Shown here: in pieces, positions 13,298 to 26,590 of the stretch
Layout of the letters: every line of letters starts with the position of its first letter
How positions within the stretch are numbered: the first letter of the stretch is position 1
Assembly: GCA_030141605.1 (NCBI GenBank)
Contig: JAQGDQ010001316.1
Location: 1-47,707 of the forward strand
Direction: 5' to 3'
DNA length: 47,707 bases
Source: Tubiluchus corallicola
Taxonomy: Eukaryota; Animalia; Priapulida
The notes under the pieces: model-generated
What the model was told of the DNA's origin: nothing
The model's database searches: none
The model's input: the letters and a program-made list of their open reading frames with translations, nothing else
Program-made: the position numbers and the translations under genes

Positions 13298-13615
13298 TTA
13301 TGTGGTGCTATCTATTGGCTATACTGTTAGAAATGGAAACAAAATTCAGCTTTAAACTCTGCACCACAGTGAGGTATTCGTATACCACTCCCTCTTTCCA
13401 ATTTCTGTCAGTTCCATTGAAGTTTAAAACTTGTTCTCCTTACAGAATCTGAGAGAATTATGTGGTGCCATCTATTGGCTATACTGTTAGAAATGGAAAC
13501 AAAATTCAGCTTTAAACTCTGCACCACAGTGAGGTATTCGTGTACCACTCCCTCTTTCCAATTTCCATCAGTTCCATTGAAGTTTAACACTTGTTCTCCT
13601 CACAGCATCTGAGAA
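13298..13615 (+). repeat. 160-bp direct tandem duplication
   Basis: ttatgtggtgc at 13298 and 13458 with near-identical continuation. Confidence 0.92.
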
Positions 13616-13981
13616 TATTTCAGTGCTTAATACTTGTGTTCGTCAAAACGACCAAACACAGCTTTACCATTAGAAACTTCTGCTGCAATTGGTATCCTTG
13701 GCAACGGAGGCTGGTGAAACTGTTTCCGTTTTAATTGGTTTTCAATGTTTGAGTGTTTTGGCAACTTCCGACAAACAAACTTGAAGGGAGTTTCGTAAAA
13801 ATTGCATTCAAGATTGGGATAGTAAATTTTTGCCAGTAAAATGCAGCCCTGCAGTAAGAATTATGATCATTAACTTCTGTGACCTTGAGCTTTTACTGAA
13901 TAATGAAAGGTCATTTTTAATCTAAGTAAGTTTTTCATTACAGCAAACAAAAAGCCTCAGTTATAGTTTCAAATCTAGCTC

Positions 13982-14420
13982 GTTTTCCTAGTCGTCATGG
14001 CAACAGTTTTCATCTTTCCAGAGTTTTGGACTACCTGTTTTCGTAGTAGTCATGGTAACAGTTTTCAACTTCCCAGAGTTTTGGATTATCTGTTTTCATA
14101 GTAGTCATGGCAACAGTTTTCATCTTCCCAGAGCTTTGGATTATCTGTTTTCATAGTAGTCATGGCAACAGTTTTCAACTTCCCAGAGTTTTGGATTATC
14201 TGTTTTCATAGTAGTCATGGCAACAGTTTTCAACTTCCCAGAGTTTTGGATTATCTGTTTTCATAGTAATCATGGTAACAATTTTCACCTTTCCAGAGTT
14301 TTCGTTTATCTGTTTTCTTAGTAGTCATGGTAACAGTTTTCATCTTCCCACAATTTTGGATTATCTGTTTCCCTAATCGTCATGGCAACAATTTTCGTCT
14401 TCTCAGAGTTTTGCATTATC
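13982..14420 (+). repeat. 55-bp minisatellite, 8 copies
   Basis: catgg(c/t)aaca recurs with a 55-bp period from ~13996. Confidence 0.93.
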
Positions 14421-14714
14421 GTTGAAAACTAAGGCAACCTCTCGGAACACACATTGCACCTGTAAATAAAAAGCCCTTTTTGTTATTTTCAATAGCAGGA
14501 ATCTTTTAATTTATGCATAAGAAAGCAAACAGACAAACGTTGCGAACAACGCTTGTTTCTAGCACAGTGTGATTTGGATTCAAAGTAGCAATAATGGAAA
14601 TCTTTTTCAATACCGCCATTAATTGCAAAAAACAATTATTACAATAAGATTATTTTACACAAGAAGTGTCGGAATAAATGTTACCATTATCAAGCCTTTT
14701 AACACCTGCACCAA

Positions 14715-15645
14715 GATAATCTTGGGAAGGTTTCTCCTATTACCCTCGTCTTTATCAAACTTAAATCTACACAGGGATAATTCTACGAATATGTATCCGT
14801 TGCCCTCATTCTTTATCAGGCTTTCTAAAATCTAAAATACTTGGAAGAGGTGCTGACAAGTCACTGGCATAACAGTGTCTAGTGTTTTTGTTATTTTTAC
14901 CTGTCTTGAAGGCATATTTCTTTTATTTTTTGAACAACAGACGCGATGGGCCTGTGATTATGATGACTAAAATCTACAGAGAGATAGTTATGCAAAGATG
15001 TCTCCTATTGCCCTCATCCGTATCAGACTTAAAATATACAGAAAGATAATTCTGCGAAGATTTCTTCTATTGCCCTCATTGTTATCAGACATTCTAAAAT
15101 CTACAGAGAGATAGTTATACAAAGATGTCTACTACTGCCCTCATCCTTATCAGACGTAAAATATAGAAAAAGATAATTCTGCGAAGATTTCTTCTATTGC
15201 CCTCATCAGACCTTCTAAAAATTACAGAGAGATAGTTATGCAAAGATGTTTCCTGTTACCATCATCTTTATCAGAAAATACATAGAAAGATAATTCTGAG
15301 AAGATTTCTTCTGTTGCCTTCATCCTTATCAGACCCTCTAAAATCTACAGAGAGATTGTTATGCAAAGATGTCTCCTATTGCCCTCATCCTTATCAGACC
15401 TAATATCTACAGAGGGGTAGTTATGCAAAGATGTCTCCTATTGCCCTCATCCTTATCAAACCTTCTAAAATATATAGAGAGATGACTCGGCTAAGATTTC
15501 TTCTATTGACCTGATCCTTATCAGACCTAAAATCTACAGAGAGATAATTACGCAAAGATGTCTTCTATTGCCCTGATCTTTATCAGACCTTCTGAAATAT
15601 ATAGAGAGATAACTCTGCTAAGATTTCTTCTATTGCCGTCATCCT
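14715..15645 (+). repeat. ~58-62-bp minisatellite with two alternating variants (main block 14969-15645)
   Basis: aaaatctacagagagatagttatgcaaagatgtctcctattgccctcatccttatcagac alternates with a ...gataattctgcgaagatttcttctattgcc variant. Confidence 0.9.
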
Positions 15646-16189
15646 CGCTGATCCGAATGTAAAACCGTTCAATTGAGAGCAGCTCACAGAGGATAATTGA
15701 GTTTATTTATTCAGGTTTTCAGTTACAATCAATGAAGATTTAATAGCCGTGGAACAGCGTAACACGAAACTATCATCGAGTTTTCTACAGCAGCAGCTGT
15801 GAGCACTGCTGAGCATTCTCCACGACCACTTCCTGGTTAATTAACACCAGCGCCACCACAACAATCATGTATTATTTACCAGGGATTAGTGACCCGTCTG
15901 CAAACCTTCCCACGTGACTTGTGAACTGACGGGCTTCTATTGGTCAATAAGGCTTCAGTCCGTCTAATGGTGTCCAGAGACCAATGTTATATCAATAAGA
16001 GCTGGATTAGTAAGAATATTAGCAATAATGGAAGTGTTAAGTAAGCAAAGTGACCGCTAGACGGTTTACCAAACATCAATAGCTGATGAAATACTGAGAT
16101 GACCAGCGGCTAATCCGATGTCTATGGTCATTGTCCAAGGCGTCACGTCCAAGGATTCCACCTATAAGTGAAACACTCTCAGAGGACAT

Positions 16190-16335
16190 GTTTGCAAAAA
16201 AAAATGTTAGAAGGATTTAGTAATAAAATTGCAATAAGCGCTTCGTGTAACTAGCAAAATCACTTCATGCTTGAACGCTCCCATCTTCAAAGCCCACCCT
16301 TCCTCCAATGACGTCATTCGCCTTGAAGAAAAGTA
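16190..16335 (-). mobile_element. Internal fragment of MITE family B (inverted relative to 19219-19708)
   Basis: Reverse complement resembles 19505-19660, including ccaatgacgtcattc and tttagtaataaa. Confidence 0.55.
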
Positions 16336-17519
16336 GCACACTGTCAATCTTCATGAAAAGTATAATAATTTTTTACAAAAGACGGTAATAAAACTGCAGT
16401 AAGCGCCTCGTGCAGACATTGTCTGCTAGCGCGATGCTGATTGGTGTATTGCAATATCACGTGGGCTGGTGTTTCGGCTTGTTTACGTAACCCATTAGAC
16501 AGATTGCAAAATTGTGTTGGCGTTGGGTGCGTCTAGTTTGGGGGTCAAATCTGTCCCTTGCTCAACGTGAAATTCTCCAGAAAATGCTTCTGGTCTTCTC
16601 AAGTTTACCCTATGATGTAGAACAGCTGCTTATAAATCCATTATTTTCCTTCGGGCTCCTTTGCTATGGAACTCTCTGTACAAAAATGCTTCACTGAGAA
16701 CTTCATGCGATCCAAGAAGTGCATCAGCAGACTGACCTACCTGTAATCACCTGCTGTAACTGTATTACTTTGGGAATTATTCATAATTCTGCCTGTCTGG
16801 GAATTGACCTTGTCTTGGGGTAATTCCTGTTAAAAAACGCTCCCTATTGTCCACATTCCCACAATGCACTGCAAAATTCCATTTGTTCTGCAATTGTTTC
16901 TTCACATTTCTTCGCCCCGTCAGTCAATCTAATTTTCAAAGATAATTGAAATCTCTTTACTTTCTCCAATTACGTCTAAAGCCAGGGGAAATTTGAGAAG
17001 CCATTTAATTCTATGTACGTGGAAACCGGATCCATAGCTAAAGACTGTAATTGCTGTTTAGATGGAAACTTCTTCCATCTTGATGAAACGTTCATTTGCA
17101 GGAAGGTGAAATTTCATTTACTAGAATCATGTCACACCTCGTATAAAAAAGCAAAATAAAACTTGCAGATTTTGTAGCTGTTGGTTTTGTAAGTTCGAAA
17201 GTCGACAGTGGCGCCGCCCGTCTGTAGTTTTGTGAAAACGTTTAATTCGTTTTGCAAAAGTTGGTTAAATTCTCTCTGCATGGACAATAAAATAGCGAAA
17301 TATAATCACCATCGTAGTGACTGGAAAACGTAAGACAAACTGAGTGGATTTTGTGGAAGAAAATACCAAATTTCGTTCAAATGAAACTCAAAAATACAGT
17401 CTTTTTACAGCAAACCCGAGGCACATCTACAGCCTAAGACACCACTAGTACTTGCGGAAACTTCGCTTATATGAAGCAGCAACGATCTTTTCGTTAATGT
17501 CAAAAATTAATAGTTTTTT

Positions 17520-18717
17520 CTATTTCTGATACATTCTTAAGGAACATGTGTACATACAGTATCAATGCAAAATATTCTGTAAGACCGTTTCTGACGTGTC
17601 ACGCTATGATTGGTCGTCATTAAACCACTCACAGTTTTGCCTTATTTCTGATACATTCTTAAAGAACATGTGTACATACAATATCAATGCAAAATATTCT
17701 GTAAGACCGTTTCTGACGTGTCAAGCTATGATTGGTCGCAATTAAACCATTCACAGTGTTGTCCTATTTCTGGTACATTCTTAAAGAACATGTGTACATA
17801 CAGTATCAATGCAAAATATTCTGTAGGAGCGTTTCTGACGTTTCACGCTATGATTGGTCGTCATTAAACCACTCACAGTTTTGCCTTATTTCTGATACAT
17901 TCTTAAAGAACATGTGTACATACAATATCAATGCAAAATATTCTGTAAGACCGTTTCTGACGTGTCGCGCTATGATTGGTCGCAATTAAACCATTCACAG
18001 TGTTGTCCTATTTCTGATACATTCTTAAGGAACATGTGTACATACAGTATCAATGCAAAATATTCTGTAGGAGCGTTTCTGACGTTTCACGCTATGATTG
18101 GTCGTCATTAAACCACTCACAGTTTTGCCTTATTTCTGATACATTCTTAAAGAACATGTGTACATACAGTATCAATGCAAAATATTCTGTAAGGCCGTTT
18201 CTGACGTGTCACGCTATGACTGGTCGTCATTAAACCACTCACAGTTTTGCCTTATTTCTGATACATTCTTAAGGAACATGTGTACATACAGTATCAATGC
18301 AAAATATTCTGTAAGACCGTTTCTGACGTGTCACGCTATGATTGGTCGGTATTAAACCACCCCCAGTTTTCGCCTATTTCTGATACATTCTTAAAGAACA
18401 TATGTACATACAGTATCAATGCAAAATATTCTGTAGGAGCGTTTCTGACGTGTCACGCTATGATTGGTCGTCATTAAACCACTCACAGTTTTGCCTTATT
18501 TCTGATACATTCTTAAAGAACATGTGTACATACAGTATCAATGCAAAATATTCTGTAAGGCCGTTTCTGACGTGTCACGCTATGACTGGTCGTCATTAAA
18601 CCACTCACAGTTTTGCCTTATTTCTGATACATTCTTAAGGAACATGTGTACATACAGTATCAATGCAAAATATTCTGTAAGACCGTTTCTGACGTGTCAC
18701 GCTATGATTGGTCGCCA
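17520..18717 (+). repeat. 122-bp tandem array, ~10 copies
   Basis: The 122-bp period is visible in the ORF starts 17548/17670 and 17914/18036/18158. Confidence 0.97.
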
Positions 18718-19218
18718 TTGAACTACTCTCACGCTTCAAACAATATTTAATAACCAGCGCTAATGAAGCTGGGAAGAGGCACTTTTCCGCAGCCTCCTTG
18801 TTGCCTCTTTTCATCCTCATCCTTACAAAGCGTGTCAAGAGATGAGATGATAAAAGCGTTTTCCATAATGATGTTCACCGATTACTGGTGAATAAAACCA
18901 ACCCTGCCAAGTACCTGCAGCTCCCAGCATCTTCTAATCAGGGATGAGGAGAGTTGGGAGGCTGAAGAATAAGAGGCAAGAATACTATTAGCGAGAAAAG
19001 ATAGCTGATTGATGTAGCCGAGGCTGTAGGTAAATTATACGAAAAACGGTGTTTTATAAAAAAAATTTGAGTGGAGACGTGAGGAAAGGGATGCTGATTA
19101 AAGGAAAGAAACTAATTAAAGTTTAAAGGAAGAAGAAAGAACTTGGGAAAGCTTGAAAATTTTCGTTTTAATTTTTATTTTTTTTGTAATTTGAACTCAT
19201 CTTTGCTTCTGAATTTAA

Positions 19219-19708
19219 AGGAAAGAACAAGTCATTTAGAATGTTGGATTTATTTGCCCAAATTTAGAAAAATATGACAAAGACATTTGCAAAAAACTAA
19301 AGTATAAAGTTAATTTTTACTACCGTTGAGTAGAAATTTCCCGGCTAGACGAAAATTATGACGTAACTGGTGGAGTTTGTTACTTTTCGTAAACACGTGC
19401 TGCTTAAACTAGTTCAAATTTCTGCAGCTTACCCAATATTAATGCAAACGTATCACAAAATTAGCTATCTATTTTTTTGTAAAAAAACTTCTACTTTCGA
19501 CGGGTTTTCTTCAGTTGATGAATGACGTCATTGGTGGAAGAATGGCGATTCAAAATGTGAGCATCCAAACGTGAAATGATCACGACTTTAAAGTGATTTT
19601 AGTAACTGCACCAGGCGCGCTTATCACACGTTTATTACTAAATTAGCTTCTAATTTTTTTCGGAAGCATTGGAGGAAGCCTATTATCCCATTTTGCTTGC
19701 CTTTTCCT
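19219..19708 (+). mobile_element. ~490-bp Kolobok-like MITE (family B) with TTAA on both sides
   Basis: ttaa|aggaaagaacaagtc ... gcttgccttttcct|ttaa, with imperfect short TIRs. A TTAA target plus purine-purine termini matches Kolobok rather than piggyBac (CC termini). Confidence 0.7.
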
Positions 19709-21235
19709 TTAATTTCGGTCTTTTTAATACAATTCTGCAGCCAAACAGTGGAAAGGCCTAGTTAACATAAATATGTGAGGCAGAACAGGAACCATCATCA
19801 TTAAGGATAAGCCCGCAAGATGAGAGACAGAACTGGCAGGGATGTCGCAGCAACATCCTTCCTTAACGAGGTGAAGAGCCAGAATCAGTATGGCGAGAGG
19901 TTAACTATCAATTTTAAGGCAAGGTTCGATAAGTGCTGTTTAACTTCGGTTGCTAAGCACTTGCTGTGACCACCCGGCTATTTAGCCCACTATAATACTT
20001 TACTTAACATACTTTAATACTATATTAAATGATTACTTCGTATAATGATGATGCATGTGTACGAGGATACCAGATACACGCATACACAGAGCTCAAGTCA
20101 GCTATCTAGTTACCGAACAGGTGCAAGATGTCCTTCACCGTCAGTATAATCAACAAGCATAAAGTAACAAACATTGTAGTCGAAGACGCCATGTTTCTTA
20201 CTGGATCAACAAACAGAATGTAAAGTTTGTTTATCAGTGTGAATCTTATGAACCACCTGTTACACCTCTGAGATGTGCGTTTTGGTACACCGTAGATTTT
20301 ATCTGTCGAAGTAACACGTCTGTCTACGTAAAGATAAAATCAACGGCTGCTCGAAAGAGCCACAATAAAATCATACGAAGCGTGAAGGTGGATGGATAAA
20401 GTAAGTGAACCATATGTAGGTTTATGTTGAGGTGCTGAAAGGCTGCAGTGCAAATTTTGTAGTTTGAGATGCTCAAATTCAGTTAAAACAGGCCCGAGGG
20501 GTCCTAAGAGGTAGTAGCCCGAGTGGTCCTATGGGCTAGTAACCCGAGTGATCCGAGAAGGCGGCATGGGGCCCCTCGAAATTGGGGGTCCTGAAGCTTT
20601 TGGTAACACTTGGTTAAAAATCTGTTTTTTCTCTGCGGTTCTAGCGTTGTATTTAACTGTGTTTATGTAAAAATTAGTCATTTGATCAATTATGACCAAG
20701 ATTAAAGTGGTTAGATAGCTATAACCCACAGGATTGTATCGTAAAATGTGTAAGTAGTATACATTAATTGCGTAAATGTAATTAGTTTACAGACTTTTGT
20801 TGACTTTTAGGTGCACATGTAAACTTGCGAGCATACAGTAGGTACTGGGTGGGTTACTTAGTTTATAGAGTTCCTCTATAAGTCAAAAAAGATTACTGAA
20901 GCACCTGGCAGAATAACTGTTTATATTGCACGGTAACTATATGACGCCATTTTTCACGAAAATCAGCGCCCCCAAGCGTGAAGTGATTCCGATTTTAAAT
21001 TGAAATTATTAACTACACGAGGCGCTTACCACAATTTCATTGCTGAAACTTTCTAACATTTTTCTCAAATATTAGAATAAGCTCAACTTTTCGAGAGACT
21101 TTTGCTTTAAGCAGGGCCCACCTACGGAAAGACACGACGCGCTTACGAAAAGTCACGAAGTCTCCCAATTACGTCATGATTTTTAAGTGAATGGCGGCAA
21201 CCACCAATAAATCCAACAAACTGATTGACTTGTTC

Positions 21236-21753
21236 TTTAAAGAACACGCCAATAGGGCGGCGCTGTTGCCGAATCATTATTACAAGTTTAAGCTTGTAAT
21301 ATTTATGCTTTATAGGCAGTTCTTTGCAAATTTCTTTGTTATATTTTTCTAAGTTTTAGTAATAACAGTAAAATGAACTTAACATACGGAGTGACTTGTT
21401 CTTTCCTTTAAAGAACACGCCAATAGGGCGGCGCTGTTGCCGAATCATTATTACAAGTTTAAGCTTGTAATATTTATGCTTTATAGGCAGTTCTTTGCAA
21501 ATTTCTTTGTTATATTTTTCTAAGTTTTAGTAATAACAGTAAAATGAACTTAACATACGGAGTGACTTGTTCTTTCCTTTAAAGAACACGCCAATAGGAC
21601 GGCGCTGTTGCTGAATCATTATTACAAGTTTAAGCTTGTAATATTTATGCTTTATAGGCAGTTCTTTGCAAATTTCTTTCTTATATTTTTCTAAGTTTAA
21701 GTGATAACAGTAAATTAAACCCAACATACTGAATGAGTTGTTATTTTCTTTGA
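21236..21753 (+). repeat. 171-bp tandem triplication; each unit ends in a MITE family B terminus plus TTAA (degenerate in the third)
   Basis: tttaaagaacacgccaatagg at 21236, 21407, 21578. The 3' half of the unit is the reverse complement of 19219-19300. Confidence 0.9.
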
Positions 21754-22248
21754 AGTACAAAGCTGAAACAGCTTCGTCAAACGAAACAGAAAAGTCACGA
21801 TCAAATAACTTGCCCACCTTCAAAGCAGTGGGATTAAAAGTCGATAAAAAAGCAGCCGTGAGTTTTTTGTATTTAATTACAAATCGACAGGGACGGTAAT
21901 TAACTTAGGCACCATCAAATCTTTGATGTCAGCATCCCTACAAATGCAATAATGTACTAATCTTTTAGAGGAAACGCAGCCCACTAATTGCGTTACAATG
22001 ATTCAACGAGGGCGGAAGAAATCGTGTTGTTGCTCACGCGAGAAATTGCGAGATATCCTCAGCGTGTCACGTGCTCTGCATGGAAACGAGGCTGGCTTTG
22101 TTTTTAAATGCACGTGACTGACATACTACAAAGAATGTTTTCACGCTTGTGATCTCCCATGACGCGGGTTTTTTCTTTGTAAAGAAAGAAATATTTTTCA
22201 TATGAAGCCCGTGTACCGGAAAACAATATTTTCATTTAGACGACAAAC

Positions 22249-22797
22249 AGGCTTAAAATTAGGGCCTGCCAAAGCTATTTTAGGCTTAAAATTAGGGCCT
22301 GCCAAAGCTATTTTAGGCTTAAAATTAGGGCCTAAAAAGCTACTTTAGGCTTAAAATTAGGGACTACCAAAGCTACTTTAGGCTGAAAATTAGGGCCTAA
22401 AAAGCTACTTTAGGCTTAAAATTAGGGACTACCAAAGCTACTTTAGGCTTAAAATTAGGGACTACCATAGCTACTTTAGGCTTAAAATTAGGGACTACCA
22501 TAGCTACTTTAGGCTTAAAATTAGGGACTACCATAGCTACTTTAGGCTTAAAATTAGGGACTACCATAGCTACTTTAAGCTTAAAATTAGGGACTACCAT
22601 AGCATAGCTACTTTAGGCTTAAAATTAGGGACTACCAAAGCTACTTTAGGCTTAAAATTAGGGACTACCATAGCTACTTTAGGCTTAAAATTAGGGACTA
22701 CCATAGCTACTTTAGGCTTAAAATTAGGGACTACCATAGCTACTTTAGGCTTAAAATTAGGGACTACCATAGCTACTTTAGGCTTAAAATTAGGGAA
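22249..22797 (+). repeat. 33-bp minisatellite (~17 copies) containing TTAGGC-TTAAAA-TTAGGG
   Basis: Unit aggcttaaaattagggactaccatagctacttt; the ORF has an 11-aa period. Confidence 0.96.
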
Positions 22798-23661
22798 ATT
22801 TATTATAGAATCCCTGTAATGAATTTGTTTGTCATAAGATGTACTTCTTGTTCGTTCTTTTAGAACCGAGCACGGTTGTAGTTAACAGGAGACCAATTTA
22901 CTGATAGAGAATTCCACAGAGAAGAGAACCGACGAAAACTGCACACTTGGAATGTGCAAGGTTCAGAAAAAATACGAAAAGCAACAAAGAACTGTGTAGC
23001 CACTACTGGCGCCATCTAAGAGCGTTTAGAGAACAATGACCGGATCATCTTCTAGATGAAGCCACGTGAAGCCATAGGCGGAAGTCTAGAACAAATGAAC
23101 ATTACGCAGAGCAGTTGAAAGTCCTCAAAACTGGTCAAAAAGAAAACGTGATTTGCCAGCATCAGCAAGGTTTACTCGAGCAAACCCTGAAGGTTCTACT
23201 TTAAACACTGTAAATTAAAGTGAAGTTTCTAATATAGTAAAGATCAAAGACGAACCGCCTCGAGTTTACTTTAATTAAATCAACGCCGGCAGCTGAGAGA
23301 TCGTTGAAAACTGTCTAAGGAAAATGGAGGCTATTCAAACCTGATCATGAAGAAACTCTCTGACAAAGATGCTATTAATTCACTTCTTCCCAGCATCAGC
23401 ATCAATTCTAATGCAGAACAGGTATGAATAACACCTGGACGATAATATTGGGAGCAGTCTTCTTGAAACTATGCTGCTGTTGTATGTAGGGGTATCTTCT
23501 CTAAAAATCTGATTCGTTTTAAAACAGCTTTCAGGTATGCAGAATAAATCTTGATCATGATTATGATAAGGTCAAAGGTTAAATGTACCAGATGACGCAT
23601 TTGCGTACACTTGACAACCCATCCTATTCTAATAGCAACCGCTTTAACAGCTAGCTAGAAC

Positions 23662-23972
23662 CTTACCTAGTTCATTTTTTATTGTTCCCAAGCAAGATCC
23701 TCCTAGTAAATCACTCTACGAACAGAGTAATGCATAATTGAGTAAAATCCACATAAAACAACTGATGTTACCGTACTAACGCGGCAGACGGCTTTGCTTT
23801 ACCCACATGTCACGCGACGGGTGTAGTTAAGATCTTACCTAGTTTATTTTTTCTTGTTCCCAAGCAACAGCCTGCTAGTAAATCACTCTACGCACAGACT
23901 AATGCATAACTAAGTAAAGTCCACGTCAAACAACTGAAGTTACTGAACTGACATGACAGACGGTTTTGCTTT
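23662..23972 (+). repeat. Diverged 172-bp tandem duplication
   Basis: cttacctagtt...gttcccaagcaa...ctagtaaatcactctacg at 23662 and 23834. Confidence 0.85.
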
Positions 23973-24296
23973 ATTAACGCGTTGCTGTGGAACACTTAGC
24001 CTTTGACCAACAGCAGTCTTAAATTTAACTACTCAATTACTTCTTTTTCTTTCTAACAAACAACAATTAACATTTTTCAGCACAACATTATAAAATTTAA
24101 TCTCTCTTTTAACAGACAGACGATTTTATGTTGTGCGAATGTAACATCGATGGTTATATTCGTGAAAACAGAAAAATAACGCGTGCGTATATATTCATTT
24201 GATATATGTACATTTTCAGATCTGTTTCAAAATGGAACAGATTGTTTTCTGTTGCGCATTTCATAGTGAGGATGCGCTGCTAAAATCTTTGTGCAG

Positions 24297-24535
24297 TTCC
24301 TCGTGAGGAATTTTGCTGCCAGCTAGAAGCTATGCGTCCTCCTCGTGAGGAATTCTGCTGCCAGTTAGAAGCTATGCGTCCTCCTCGTGACCAATTCTGC
24401 TGCCAGCTAGAAGCTATGCGTCCTCCTCGTGAGGAAATTTGCTGCCAGCTAGAAGCTATGTGTCCTCCTCGTGAGGAAATTTGCTGCCAGCTAGAAGCTA
24501 TGCGTCCTCCTCGTGAGGAATTTTGCTGCCCGGTA
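24297..24535 (+). repeat. 42-bp minisatellite, ~5.5 copies
   Basis: Unit tcctcctcgtgaggaattttgctgccagctagaagctatgcg. Confidence 0.95.
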
Positions 24536-25254
24536 GAAATATTGCGTGTTACATTTTCGTGGGGAATCAGCATATTTTCAGATTTTGAAGTGGTCAGAAC
24601 TTCAACTTTACCAAAAAAACAGGCCTGACATAACATTGACTAACATTATTAATAGTACTTTGCATATGAGAAATACAGCAAGTATAATTTAATTCAGATA
24701 TGATTATACAGTATAAAACTCGAATGCAGCTACAGCTAACCGGACGCGCGGAAAACCGCGAGGTTTCACTGTGAAACTGGCTTTAGAAACCCCGACACAC
24801 CCCTTCTACTTAACAACTGTAATACACAAGGAATCCCTTTTCTTACTGAACACGTGGAACACCTTGTCTTCTCTTTATCCACCCCCCCCCCCATAAAAGC
24901 TACGCAATCAGCACATTTACATCACAAAAGGGAAGTCATTAAAAACGCACTTCCTTCATAAGCTCAGCCGTACTGAAAAGAGGTGACCGAGAATTGGAGC
25001 CGTTGTAATTCTAAGAGACATATATTAGCGGAAACGCGTCTCTTCTCTGAGCCGGGAAGCAATTATAACCAACCTTCGCTCGTCTGGCTTCCGGGATTTT
25101 CCAGGATTATCGTCTTTGGCAATTTTTGCCGGAAATTAAACATTTGTAGGGTTCATTAGAGCAAGGGTGGTGAAGCCTAAATGTGTTGATTCATTGGATG
25201 TGTAGAATACAAAACTTGGCTTCTTTGTCAACAACGGGGGATCGTCTTGACTGT

Positions 25255-26495
25255 TTATAACTGTTGAAACTGGTTATAGAGCATGGTTCACACTGATGGT
25301 TTTAACGGGGTGATTGCACATGCTTATAACTGTTGAAACTGGTTATAGAGCATGGTTAACACTGACAGTTTTAACGGGGTGATTGCACATGTTTATAACT
25401 GTTGAAACTGGTTATAGAGCATGGTTCACACTGACGGTTTAACGGGGTGATTGCACATGCCTATAACTGTTGAAACTGGTTATAGACCATGGTTAACACT
25501 GACAGTTTTAACGGGGTGATTGCACGTTTATAACTGTTGAAACTGGTTATAGAGCATGGTTCACACTGACGGTTTTAACCGGGTGATTGCAGATGCCTAT
25601 AACTGTTGAAACTGGTTATAGAGCATGGTTAACACTGACGGTTTTAACCGGGTGATTGCACATGCTTATAACTGTTGAAACTGGTTATAGAGCATGGTTA
25701 ACACTGACAGTTTTAACGGGGTGATTGCACATGTTTATAACTGTTGAAACTGGTTATAGAGCATGGTTCACACTGACGGTTTTAACCGGGTGATTGCACA
25801 TGTTTATAACTGTTGAAACTGGTTATAGACCATGGTTAACACTGACAGTTTTAACGGGGTGATTGCACATGTTTATAACTGTTGAAACTGGTTATAGAGC
25901 ATGGTTCACACTGACGGTTTTAACCGGGTGATTGCACATGCTTATAACTGTTGAAACTGGTTATAGAGCATGGTTCACACTGACGGTTTTAACCGGGTGA
26001 TTGCAGATGCTTATAACTGTTGAAACTGGTTATAGAGCATGGTTCACACTGACGGTTTTAACCGGGTGATTGCACATGTTTATAACTGTTGAAACTGGTT
26101 ATAGAGCATGGTTCACACTGACGGTTTTAACGGGGTGATTGCACATGTTTATAACTGTTGAAACTGGTTATAGAGCATGGTTCACACTGACGGTTTTAAC
26201 CGGGTGATTGCACATGTTTATAACTGTTGAAACTGGTTATAGAGCATGGTTCACACTGACGGTTTTAACCGGGTGATTGCACATGCTTATAACTGTTGAA
26301 ACTGGTTATAGAGCATGGTTCACACTGATGGTTTTAACCGGGTGATTGCACATGCTTATAACTGTTGAAACTGGTTATAGAGCATGGTTCACACTGACGG
26401 TTTTAACCGGGTGATTGCACATGCTTATAACTGTTGAAACTGGTTATAGAGCATGGTTCACACTGACGGTTTTAACCGGGTGATTGCAGATGCTT
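25255..26495 (+). repeat. 69-bp tandem array, ~18 copies
   Basis: ttataactgttgaaactggttatagagcatgg at 25255, 25324, 25393, ... Confidence 0.97.
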
Positions 26496-26590
26496 GCGGA
26501 TGAAAAACAAAATGTGGAGAAAAGTGGAAAAATACGTTTGGCTTTAAGATCAAATTCATATGAAACTTTGTAAGACAAACGTTAAATAAA

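Noticed and set aside
19215-19712. piggyBac assignment for TTAA-flanked elements
   Set aside because: The termini begin AG, not CC. Kolobok-like fits better, though no transposase is present in the window to confirm.
24280-24636. 118-aa ORF with SSRGGRIASSWQQN repeats
   Set aside because: A 42-bp minisatellite open on both strands, with no supporting gene structure.
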